In this document: positions 43,401 through 51,238 of the stretch, in pieces
How positions within the stretch are numbered: the stretch's first letter is position 1
Layout of the letters: every line of letters begins with the position of its first letter
Source of the DNA: a virus
Reading direction: 5' to 3' (one strand)
DNA: 64,000 nucleotides
IMG/VR virus record: IMGVR_UViG_3300033053_000017
Span: 1-64,000 of that record
Notes under the pieces: generated by a model
What the model was told of the DNA's origin: nothing
What the model saw: only the letters and a program-made list of their open reading frames with translations
Database searches by the model: none
Program-made: the position numbers and the translations under genes

Positions 43401-43983
43401 CCTTCTCTGCTGTAGTTTCTTTTGGTATTGAACCGAATTTTCTCTCAAACATTTCTATGATGTTGAAGGAGAATAGCATTTGAGGAATTTTGTTCGCTAC
43501 AAGTGTGCCTACATTGTTATTTACTGAATTTTGCGTTGCTATATTAGCATAAGTAGTTCCCCATGAACCTGTTTCTGTAGCAAAATTTGATGGTAACTGT
43601 AATGTAGTCTCTGCACTTAATTTACATACATGTGGATTCTCTATAACACTTCCAGTTGTTTTCCCTACAAAATCATCCACCACTTTTAAAGTCGCTGTCT
43701 TAGTCAATGTCTTACTATTCCAAGTAACTGTACTGTGATCTGTAGCTATTGCACTAACTGTCAATTCATTTTGTGCTTTTAACTTATCTAAAATAGTTTG
43801 TGAGGTTATTTCATTCCATCCTGTTAAGGGGTCAGGTAACGCAGAAGGGTCTACCTCTTGCTTATATATTTTCAATGGACATTCTGTTACTGAACCGCTT
43901 ACTTTATTTTTAAAATCGTAGAATAACGCTAATTTAGTGATTTTTGCTAAGTTTCTATGTATTCCTAACGCTAAACCAAACAT
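40474..43983 (-). CDS. Large repeat-containing fibre/adhesin-like protein (1169 aa)
   Basis: Four modules of about 200 aa each end in ...(H)FLAYT(D/N)(A/S)...YTDYV(K/S)L(T/E)... There are also four units of about 55 aa, HGL(T/S)xGD(I/F)(V/I)xN(V/N)TR...ITGQxxGD. Confidence 0.7.
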   Translation of the reverse strand: MFGLALGIHRNLAKITKLALFYDFKNKVSGSVTECPLKIYKQEVDPSALPDPLTGWNEITSQTILDKLKAQNELTVSAIATDHSTVTWNSKTLTKTATLKVVDDFVGKTTGSVIENPHVCKLSAETTLQLPSNFATETGSWGTTYANIATQNSVNNNVGTLVANKIPQMLFSFNIIEMFERKFGSIPKETTAEKVAWLKANLTTIIAKAYIYGVGPLGNKAYLQSWNSTNWTGSLNNTASSSSLLVKALSKGATWDDISACIQSDGFVHFLAYTDSARTTDSTGLVLTAHGLTGGDIVENVTRSNTISVVNGSSFGVNFIPTTAITGQVAGDGIKKYRNTTHLTAESGTDATTLKITNHGLSTGDFIKNNTRSWALSKITVVDANTITCNTAITGQTTGDIIYVYPLLGTQTAEGTTNSTFLGLNAHGLSRLDIVENVTRGKMSQLQTEPSLANSLSLSAPIAGQVAGDTIKKFHKQPTNKTAESGTSSTTIVITNHGLSTDDWIINNTRGYISSKVTVVDANTLTCQTAITGQASGDAFQLLNYAGTQVANDIVIPSTIYTDYVSLELTLKAPESKITATNTLSDIVTDYTGKVSGSTSENANIFKWSGSSTLDAPSSAGYTENGQTNTDKIKTLDSICGAFGTGLTNGAIGKQLFSFNIVTAVEKALGQSIPAVDKVQWCKDFINRITCVWTGYGSCPSGNKASFRSYGSGAWNDGSGGNTASSPSNCTIGLAYDHALDYFKVANNIDTNGMIHFLAYTDASDGVTASTIYTDYVKLTIKLKYLPTYDFFTDVNTRRDAGLTDIVLVKRQIGDMISDFTGKVSGSVVENPNKTAVSPDFSVAQNPSVFTWEDITNDYSKITNLNGTCRTVSSLVSGHISQQLFQFNLIAIAEKALGTSIPGADTATKIQWLKDNLRSIKCDWYGFGSSPSGNYARICFWDVAGSAWKVRGTGSHTLSTVAVATVENEVSFGDVPSQIISTDGFTNVIAYTNASDGVTASVINTDYVKLTLSFKSDTVGYEYFTNNSAEVSVTTNAKASAYLIELDLTPIANALYGGSNSALKSALKSIQADIYAMGSGSNVNQLGNNTQGKLWAVNESTWGYSNGGNISSSIAKFNSSARTVLSEIQNMITTSNKVYALVYSTYKSDGCISSEVDLDYLSIKVELNR

Positions 43984-43985
43984 AA

Positions 43986-44288
43986 TTATAACCCCTTGTA
44001 AGCCATTATTTTTCCGCTTGTTAAGGTAACGGATTTAAATCTTCCATAAATAACAGTACCCACTGTCAATATGTTGCCTGTTAGCGTATTCCCTGTGATT
44101 AATGCTCCTGTATCTGTGGTATAAGCAGAGATTATTGCATCACTTATTACCTGTAGGGCTGTAAAAACATTTGTTGTTGTATGTGCTGCTGTATCTGATA
44201 TGAACTCAGATCCTTTCCAGCCGGCTTGTGATTCTGCTAAATCCACCATATTAATCTCTTTTCCGTCTTCTTTTAAGCCTCTATACAT
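43986..44288 (-). CDS. Hypothetical protein (100 aa)
   Basis: Co-directional ORF that abuts the 1169-aa gene. Confidence 0.5.
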   Translation of the reverse strand: MYRGLKEDGKEINMVDLAESQAGWKGSEFISDTAAHTTTNVFTALQVISDAIISAYTTDTGALITGNTLTGNILTVGTVIYGRFKSVTLTSGKIMAYKGL

Positions 44289-44290
44289 GT

Positions 44291-44728
44291 TTATTCCTCC
44301 TTTGATTCTATGTAATTTATCAAGTCAATTTTGGACATGCCCACTTTAAACTCTAGGCCCTTATTTACAGCTATCTCCTTAACTTCTTTAAAGGGGAGTG
44401 CATCTAAATTTGATGGGTTCCACAATCCTTTTTCATAAGCTTCAACTAACTTTTTAACATTGTTAGCTTCTTCACCTTCAAGTGCCTTTCCCACGTTTTC
44501 TAGCTTTTCTTCTGTAGTTTCTTCTTCGATCTCTGCTAGTTCTGGTCTATTTAATATCATCTCTAGCGGTGCAGTATTAATAATTCCCTGTAGGCACTCG
44601 TCACAATATAATATCTTTTGTGCCTGTCCTTCTCCCACTTTACCTATAACATGTTTGGCTATATTACTGCATCCATATATATCGCAAGTAGTATTGTATT
44701 TATTTTCTGTTCTCTCTGTTTGTGCCAT
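44291..44728 (-). CDS. Protein with an N-terminal Cys cluster and a C-terminal Rho_N/SAP-like helix pair
   Basis: CDIYGC...CDEC at the N-terminus and LPFKEVKEIAVNKGLEFKVGMSKIDLINYI at the C-terminus. Confidence 0.5.
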   Translation of the reverse strand: MAQTERTENKYNTTCDIYGCSNIAKHVIGKVGEGQAQKILYCDECLQGIINTAPLEMILNRPELAEIEEETTEEKLENVGKALEGEEANNVKKLVEAYEKGLWNPSNLDALPFKEVKEIAVNKGLEFKVGMSKIDLINYIESKEE

Positions 44729-44985
44729 TATTTATCAGTCCTTTCATAAGTTTTTTCAAATATATCTGGTTTACATGGATAAACTTCGTGAATTACACCT
44801 AATATAATATAATCGCCTTTATTAGCTTTCATAGTTCCTTCTAGCGTTTCTATGTCGCATGTACCGTCCTCATGAGTAATAATTGTATTATTACTTACTC
44901 TACTTGCAAACCAGTCTGGCATAACTTCGTCTATTTGAAACCTAAACGCTTCAATTTCAACTGGTTTCTTTCTGTATTTAGCCAT
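44728..44985 (-). CDS. Hypothetical protein (85 aa)
   Basis: The N-terminal KKPVEIEAFRF is a common small phage-protein pattern. Stop and start are coupled with the neighbours. Confidence 0.55.
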   Translation of the reverse strand: MAKYRKKPVEIEAFRFQIDEVMPDWFASRVSNNTIITHEDGTCDIETLEGTMKANKGDYIILGVIHEVYPCKPDIFEKTYERTDK

Positions 44986-46807
44986 TTATATAACTCCCTT
45001 TCTAAATCTTTTCAAAGCTTTTATTCTTCTTTCAAGGTCCTTTTGGATTAAAGTCTTTTCTTGCTTTGGTAGTTTAATTTTAGTTATCATCTGTCCTCTA
45101 ACTTTATTAGCAATTAGCCAAGAAAGTACGCAATCGTCGTGTTGACCTTCCGCTGCTTGTGGTTTTCCATCAATCTTTTGGAAGACTATCATCTCACTTA
45201 GGGTATCTATGTCATTGATTAAGCCTACACTTTCTCTAACTATCTCTACACCATCACCAACTAATACTGGCCTTGTAGCTTTATTAGTATTCCATCCGAA
45301 TTTCTTTTCTAATTTACCGCTAATATTGTCTACAGTTTCTCTCATATATTGGTTAGGATAGCCCAATCTTTCCAATTCTTTTACTGGATGCAAATCAAAA
45401 TTCATTTCAATTGCTTCCAGTGCTTTATTGTACCACATGCCAAGTGCAAACATATCTTTAGCAAATAAATCTGTGTCTGTCCTATCTCTGTACTTAGCAA
45501 CTTGCTTTCCACTGCTATTATCTAATGCTTGGCCAACACAATAATCTTCTCCACCTTCCGCAGTATCGCCGCCAATTACATAAGGATAGCCATATTTAGG
45601 CTTTTCATATACAATCAATGGCCCATTAGGGTCTTCTACAAATTCTATTGTGTCTATGATGATTCTCTGAGTAATTTCATCATATTTATACTTCATCCTG
45701 CCTCTAAGTGGAGGATTTTTCTTATATTCCTGTATTAAATAATCCCTTCTCTTTAGCACTGCTTCAATATCAAATACTGGCAAACCGCTAGAAAGGAAGG
45801 CTTCTAGCGGTGTACATGGGTATTCTTGATCTAACAACTCTTTTAAGTCCTTTTCCTTTGAAGAATACCAATATAGTTGCGACCAATCCAACCCTTTAGT
45901 ATCCAGCAACCATTTTAATTTATGCTCAAATTTTGTAGAGGGTTTATTCACTCTATTTTTAAAGATTTCCTCTGCTTCTGTGCTTTCAAAGTCTAGTCTA
46001 TATTCAGAAGTCTGCCACCATTCGAAAAATAAAGGCTCCCAGTTATTTTCTTTCTGTTCACCTTCTACCCATAAAACTCTATATTCATTAAATCCATTGG
46101 CTGTAGACTCTATTATTTGGATACTGTCTTTAGTTAACGCCTGTCCTAAACCTCCCATAATAGATTGAATACTATCAAAGAAGGCTCCTTCTGACAAATG
46201 TACAAAATTTATGGTTTTAGAACGCCCTATTTGCTTATTGCCAGCTGTTGCTATTCTCCATTTGCTATTTAATTTACTAAAATGGAGTTCTTGCCTTGTA
46301 TTGTATTTTTCCTGGGGTTGTAATAATATTGGTAATAAAGAAAATGGGAATTTAGCTTTATCTTCAAAAATAGTTGATGTGTTGTCACTGCTGTCTGCTA
46401 CTGTCATACCTGTGAAGTTCTTGTTGGTAATGGTTTTACTAAGCTGATATGCTGTAATAAATGTTGTGAAGCCGGGCCTGCCTCCCTTTGAGAACTAAAA
46501 ACTTTAGGTGGTGTCGTTTGTTCTCTTTGTATTCACCTATAGCCTTATTTAGCGTGTCACATAGTTTTTGCTGTACTTCATTTAAAAAGAAAGGCATAGC
46601 TTCTTGAAGCTTATTTACTACAGTGAAGCACATTTCAATTAGATATTCAGGATGTTCTTTAACCTCCTGCCTTAGCAGTTCTCCCTGCTTATCTTCTGCA
46701 CACAGCTTTTCCGCTACTGCCCATATATATTCTTTGTCCTGCTCTGCATCTTTATTCTTATTCCATAATTCTTTACGCTTATTAATTAAATCCCTACAGT
46801 TTAACAT
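44986..46807 (-). pseudogene. terL: Terminase large subunit interrupted by a 1-nt frameshift inside the Walker A region
   Basis: ORF 46439..46807 ends ...FLVLKGRQARLHNIYYSISA*. Skipping one C of CAGGCCCGGC (plus-strand GGG at 46474-46476) gives KGRQAGFTTFITAYQ...GMTVADSS, in frame with 44986..46407. That ORF carries Walker B FVHLSEGAFF, ESTANG, and the nuclease motifs GGDTAEGGED and HDD. Confidence 0.8.
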
Positions 46808-46930
46808 GTTATCACCTTATTCTTAAAATATTGAAAGGAGGGATCTTCTTTTGTACACTAATTAATTTTTACGCTTTTGTTATCTATATTAAAAGATAAT
46901 AAGCTTTATATATTAAAAGCCAAATCTTTT

Positions 46931-47140
46931 TTAAGATTCGGCCATTAGTCCAGCTGCTTTTAATTTTGTAAGTAGTGCGTTAAAATCTGTTTTTAGTCCT
47001 GCTACGTCTGAAGCTGTGCTTGCTGCTTGTACTGGCATTTGTGATCCTACTCCTGCCTGAAGTTCATCTCCAAGTTTTACATCTCTTGCTACTGGACACA
47101 TATTATTTAATTTAGCCTTTTGTGCATCTGATATTGCCAT
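46931..47140 (-). CDS. Small Ala/Gly-rich protein between terS and terL
   Basis: 69 aa ending LKTDFNALLTKLKAAGLMAES. Locally less AT-rich than its surroundings. Confidence 0.5.
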   Translation of the reverse strand: MAISDAQKAKLNNMCPVARDVKLGDELQAGVGSQMPVQAASTASDVAGLKTDFNALLTKLKAAGLMAES

Positions 47141-47326
47141 AACTTATCACTCCTTTGTAATGGTATTATGTGCAGCGGTTCAGTGATTATGCCATAATAA
47201 CCGCTATGCGAATATGTTTTATTAAAGGTATAAATGTATTGCCTACCCTTGAAAACTCTCTTAGAATTGCTCTATGAAAGTATACCTTTTTAGTCAGGTT
47301 CGCTAAATCTCTATTTAACGATTATC

Positions 47327-47761
47327 CTAGAAAAAGTCCTCCAGTTTCTTAACTGATAGTTCTCCTTTTATTTCCATTTTATCTGTAAACATTCCTAGAT
47401 GCTTTCCAATTAATTCCGTTGCCTTGTTGGCTCCTGCTGGATCAAATTTAAATTCCCCAGTTTCATTGCCATCTTTGTCTATAACTGGTGTTGCCTGTAC
47501 ACATCTATCTGATATCAGCTTTAGTCTTTCAAGTACCCATTGTGCATCTAACTTAACTTCTTGGGCTCTTTCTGTCTGCATTTCATTGATTCTAGTGTAT
47601 ATCCTAGGGTTTTTCAGTAGCTTATGTGATTCTACTCCAGCCACTTTATCACTTTTAGCAGAATAGCCAGCATCCTTATAAGCTCTTGTAGCATTAAAGT
47701 CTTTACAGTATTCCAAACAGAATAGTTCCTGCTTTTCAGTTAGCTTATCACCTTTAGCCAT
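47327..47761 (-). CDS. terS: Terminase small subunit
   Basis: LTEKQELFCLEYCKDFNATRAYKDAGYSAKS...KLLKNPRI matches the Terminase_2-type N-terminal HTH. Confidence 0.8.
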   Translation of the reverse strand: MAKGDKLTEKQELFCLEYCKDFNATRAYKDAGYSAKSDKVAGVESHKLLKNPRIYTRINEMQTERAQEVKLDAQWVLERLKLISDRCVQATPVIDKDGNETGEFKFDPAGANKATELIGKHLGMFTDKMEIKGELSVKKLEDFF

Positions 47762-48030
47762 TAATACTACACCTCCCTTGACAACATTAGTTTCAAAATA
47801 TTTCTATCTACTTTCAATTTACCACATCTTGTATACTGTTGCAAATACTTTTTTAAAAACAAAACTTTTTATTGACAAGATTTAAATGTTCTGTTACCCT
47901 TATTAATTTAATATATACAGTAATATATAGGCGTTAGCCTATATATTACGTTAATAAAAGAATACTACGTATTAATCGCCTAAGGGCGATTTAATATAAG
48001 TGTTAATATAAATATATAGTTTATATATAA

Positions 48031-48055
48031 ATAAAAAGAAGCCCTCTTAGGCTTC
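48031..48055 (-). terminator. Terminator closing the early region
   Basis: GAAGCC-loop-GGCUUC overlapping the stop of 48047..48247, followed by UUUUUAUUUAU. Confidence 0.6.
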
Positions 48056-48247
48056 CTCAAACACAAAACTTATTTGGTTATATTTTTTCTCTGCAATAAT
48101 CAAGTTTTCAAATTTAAGCAACATCTCAAGTTCTTCTTCATTCGCTAGATGATTTAATATTCCATGATCCTTAACACTGTATTTACTCTCTAAGTACTCG
48201 TAAAACTTATTCCTTGATATTTCTAGGTTCTTTATATATTCTTCCAT
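48047..48247 (-). CDS. Hypothetical protein (66 aa)
   Basis: Co-directional ORF. Confidence 0.5.
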   Translation of the reverse strand: MEEYIKNLEISRNKFYEYLESKYSVKDHGILNHLANEEELEMLLKFENLIIAEKKYNQISFVFEEA

Positions 48248-48355
48248 TTATCTACCTCCTAGTAATATACTTACAGCATATATCATAGTCCAAGCTGTAA
48301 AACCTACTAGCCCTACTGCAATTGACAAGCCGACAAATATTTTCATTTTATTCAT
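48248..48355 (-). CDS. Small membrane peptide (35 aa)
   Basis: MNKMKIFVGLSIAVGLVGFTAWTMIYAVSILLGGR. Packed between two ORFs, and its stop overlaps the next SD/ATG. Confidence 0.35.
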   Translation of the reverse strand: MNKMKIFVGLSIAVGLVGFTAWTMIYAVSILLGGR

Positions 48356-48356
48356 G

Positions 48357-48680
48357 CTATGCAACCTCCTTATCAATCTTTTTAACCTGATCTATAGTGA
48401 ATAAGCTGGACTTCTTTAAGAACATCTTAGTACCTTTTTTCTCTTTATCGTCCTTATCTTTTTCTTTGAATTTACATGGTGTCCATAGTTCAACTTGTAG
48501 CAATGCCTTTTGTCCCTTCTGTACTTGGTATCCTGCTGCTTTCCATGCTGCATAAGTCTTTAAGTTAGTTCCATCATACTCAAAATCAATCTCAAAAGCT
48601 TCTAATGCCAATCTTATAATGCTTTGATTGTCTTTACCTCTCTTATTAGCTAAGTTCATCATTGTACTTGTAATTTCCAT
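48357..48680 (-). CDS. Hypothetical protein with an ArdC-N/DUF1738-like motif (tentative)
   Basis: LKTYAAWKAAGYQVQKGQKALLQVELW resembles the W..GY.V.KGEK segment of the ArdC N-terminal ssDNA-binding domain. The similarity is weak. Confidence 0.5.
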   Translation of the reverse strand: MEITSTMMNLANKRGKDNQSIIRLALEAFEIDFEYDGTNLKTYAAWKAAGYQVQKGQKALLQVELWTPCKFKEKDKDDKEKKGTKMFLKKSSLFTIDQVKKIDKEVA

Positions 48681-48735
48681 AAATCATATCCCCTTTTGCA
48701 TTTTACTAGGTTGTTTGCCTCAACCTTATGTATTT

Positions 48736-48764
48736 ATTATACAATTACATACCCACATTTTCAA
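48736..48764 (-). promoter_or_regulatory. Promoter with an embedded AATGTGGGTA motif
   Basis: Minus strand TTGAAA, 17 nt (ATGTGGGTATGTAATTG), TATAAT. Confidence 0.55.
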
Positions 48765-48865
48765 ACTCTATTTTAGGTTAAATTCCATTATATTCTTCTA
48801 ATTCCATACCCACAATTAGAATATCTTTGAATATCTCCTATTTTCTCCAATTCCTATTTCTAGGC

Positions 48866-48890
48866 AATAAAAAAGCAGCGGTTAAGCTGC
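48866..48890 (-). terminator. Terminator after the RHH gene
   Basis: GCAGC-loop-GCUGC followed by UUUUUUAUU. Confidence 0.6.
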
Positions 48891-49045
48891 TAATCTCCAA
48901 TACATATAGATATAAATCTTTTCAATACTTCTGTCATATCCTTCTTGTTATTCTCGCAATACTTCTTAAACGCTTCTCTTTCATGTTCTGTTACTCTGAT
49001 CTTAATATATTTTACTGCCCTGTCTTGATCTTCTTTTTTATTCAT
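48890..49045 (-). CDS. Ribbon-helix-helix protein (51 aa)
   Basis: AAGGAGG SD. KYIKIRVTEHEREAFKKYCENNKKDMTEVLKRFISICI shows a strand-helix-helix pattern. Replaces the plus-strand track ORF 48827..49114. Confidence 0.5.
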   Translation of the reverse strand: MNKKEDQDRAVKYIKIRVTEHEREAFKKYCENNKKDMTEVLKRFISICIGD

Positions 49046-49096
49046 CTTATTACCTCCTTATATTTAAAAAAGCGGCTTTTATACCGCTATGCTTTA

Positions 49097-49480
49097 CTAT
49101 TCAATTGGTTCTAAACATATATCATAGTATTTAATTTCTCCATAATCTTCGTCTGAAGAAACATAAGTTATCTTAAATTTTTGAGTTAAAGGAACTAAAA
49201 CCTCACATTCATTTTCGCATCCTTCAGCTCCTAATATTTCACATTCTTCTTCATCCTCATAATCTACCTCATGACCATTTACAGGTTTTTCGCATCTAAA
49301 GAAGTATTGATATTTTCTTTCATTTTCAACATTGAATATTCCATATTTAGTACACCAGCTCATTCCTAAATTATCTACTATCTGACCTACTTCAAAATTT
49401 AATTTCTCATCTACTAAAATTGTTCTATATATATCTCCAAAATAATTAATATCTTTTGCTATTTCTGATTTATTACTCAT
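49097..49480 (-). CDS. Acidic hypothetical protein (127 aa)
   Basis: ORF with its own promoter. Confidence 0.55.
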   Translation of the reverse strand: MSNKSEIAKDINYFGDIYRTILVDEKLNFEVGQIVDNLGMSWCTKYGIFNVENERKYQYFFRCEKPVNGHEVDYEDEEECEILGAEGCENECEVLVPLTQKFKITYVSSDEDYGEIKYYDICLEPIE

Positions 49481-49526
49481 TCAACATATCCCCTTTTTAT
49501 TTAATTTTGTTTCACTTGATGATTTA

Positions 49527-49555
49527 ATTATAATCTCAATGCCCACATTTTACAA
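49527..49555 (-). promoter_or_regulatory. Promoter with an embedded AATGTGGGCA motif
   Basis: Minus strand TTGTAA, 17 nt (AATGTGGGCATTGAGAT), TATAAT. Confidence 0.55.
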
Positions 49556-49630
49556 TAATCAAAAATCCTTAAATTAGCTAAATGCCTACCCACATTTTAA
49601 ACTATCTCTTTATATCTCCTTTTTCTTTCA

Positions 49631-49661
49631 AAATAGAAAAGAGAGGAATTAATCCCCTCTC
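49631..49661 (-). terminator. Rho-independent terminator
   Basis: GAGAGG-loop-CCUCUC followed by UUUUCUAUUUU. Confidence 0.55.
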
Positions 49662-49794
49662 ACCTTCTTCAGCAATTCCTGATCTATTCTCAGCATCTCT
49701 TGATATGTTGCAACCTGTCTTAACTCTCTAATACTATAAACTCTATATTTTCCCATAAGCCCTGCTATATAATCCGTAGCCTATCACCTCTTTT

Positions 49795-50127
49795 TTATTC
49801 ATAAATTATCGTTTTTCCCTGTGCTGAAGCATATTCATATTCAACTTTCGCACCTATGCTATCTTTCCAGTTTTTAAGCATATATATAGCATCACAACAA
49901 TTTATCATAGCAACACAAATAGGTAAATATGCTTCATACGGAAAACCTTCAGGCAATACACTTGGATTCATACAAATATGCCCTCTTACCTTCCAATACT
50001 TTTCTGCTTTATCAAAATTTTCTTTATAATTTGGTAAACCGTTTATTTTTCCTGCAATGTATATTTTCATATTTATCACCCCACTAAAACCAGTTCCAAA
50101 AGCTAGTCCACCTATTAGCCTTTTCAA
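49795..50127 (-). CDS. Nucleoside 2-deoxyribosyltransferase-like (DUF4406-type) protein
   Basis: MKIYIAGKINGLPNYKENFDKAEKYW...CDAIYMLKNW. The likely true start is the Met at 50070, preceded by a GGGGTGA SD. Confidence 0.6.
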   Translation of the reverse strand: MKRLIGGLAFGTGFSGVINMKIYIAGKINGLPNYKENFDKAEKYWKVRGHICMNPSVLPEGFPYEAYLPICVAMINCCDAIYMLKNWKDSIGAKVEYEYASAQGKTIIYE

Positions 50128-50176
50128 ACATATTAAATATACTCTTTAGATCCTTATAATTAGTTTTTCTTTTCAT

Positions 50177-50839
50177 CTATTTCTCCTTACATTGAAAACA
50201 AGTAACACCGCATTTTCTAGCCTTATATCCCACAAATGGAACTATTCTTTCAACTTGTTCTAGCATCTTATCGGCTAGTTCTCTAATTTCGGCTTGGGCG
50301 TGAATGCACAATCTTTCTGATAAGAAGTGTCTAAAATTACGTAAATCCGCTGTAACTATTAAATTTGTAGTAGTTCCATTAGGCAAAATACATCTCGCAT
50401 CTTCCTTTTCTATTCCTGCTGCAATCATTTCATCATATAGGTTCCATATATCAGATAAGATTTTACTTACTTTATTATCATAATCTTTATAAGTAACGTT
50501 ATGTGGCATTATAAAACTAAAAGCATCTCCATTTACATATCTTTGACTTTGTACTGAGAATTTAAAGGTTCTATGTCTGGTTATTTGTGCTAATAACGCC
50601 CTGCTTACTCCCTCTATAGCAAAAGTAAATGATACATGCTCCAATGGGCTCTCATGTTGTAGGTCTATCTTATCTTTTATAAACTTAATCATTTCTCCGT
50701 TATTTGGGTAATTCCCCATTGATGTTTCAACTGTTGGTATTTCTATTTCTGTAGGAGGCAACGCACTATAACAAGTACGATATGCCTTGAATATGGTTTG
50801 GATTGGTCTTTCTGTTCTATCTATTATCTTTACATTCAT
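50177..50839 (-). CDS. thyX: Flavin-dependent thymidylate synthase
   Basis: ThyX signature RHRTFKFSVQSQRY, plus HESPLEH and the C-terminal DLRNFRHF. Confidence 0.9.
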   Translation of the reverse strand: MNVKIIDRTERPIQTIFKAYRTCYSALPPTEIEIPTVETSMGNYPNNGEMIKFIKDKIDLQHESPLEHVSFTFAIEGVSRALLAQITRHRTFKFSVQSQRYVNGDAFSFIMPHNVTYKDYDNKVSKILSDIWNLYDEMIAAGIEKEDARCILPNGTTTNLIVTADLRNFRHFLSERLCIHAQAEIRELADKMLEQVERIVPFVGYKARKCGVTCFQCKEK

Positions 50840-50854
50840 TCTCTCGCCCTCCGC

Positions 50855-51238
50855 TTATAATAAAAATTTAAGAATTAGAATTCCAATTCCAACCGCTACT
50901 AGGAAACAGATTAAAACTACAACACCAACTGCTCCTCTGTCAACCTTGCTAGAGCTATATTCAGTGTTATCACTCGCATTGCTTTGATTATTAGTTGTTT
51001 CATTTTGTACATGTGGCACAACTACTGGTGTAACAGGTTTTGGCGTTACTGTTTCCGTAGGTGTTGAAACGTGTGGCGTAACTACTGGTTCACTTACATG
51101 TGGTGTAACTACTGGTGTAGAAACATGTGGCGTTACAGGTACAGACACATGTGGAACAACTACTGGTGCAGCTTGCACCTTGTTATATATTAAAAATTCA
51201 CTAATTAAAGCTAGGCTTAAAACTTTTTTTACATTCAT
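50855..51238 (-). CDS. Secreted/anchored Pro-Val repeat protein
   Basis: Signal peptide, then P(V)VTPHVS x5, then a C-terminal TM segment GVVVLICFLVAVGIGILILKFLL. Confidence 0.6.
   Translation of the reverse strand: MNVKKVLSLALISEFLIYNKVQAAPVVVPHVSVPVTPHVSTPVVTPHVSEPVVTPHVSTPTETVTPKPVTPVVVPHVQNETTNNQSNASDNTEYSSSKVDRGAVGVVVLICFLVAVGIGILILKFLL

Noticed and set aside
49649-49756. A 35-aa minus-strand ORF (MGKYRVYSIRELRQ...) ending in the terminator at 49631-49661.
   Set aside because: There is no SD at a suitable distance from its ATG, so it is too weak to call.
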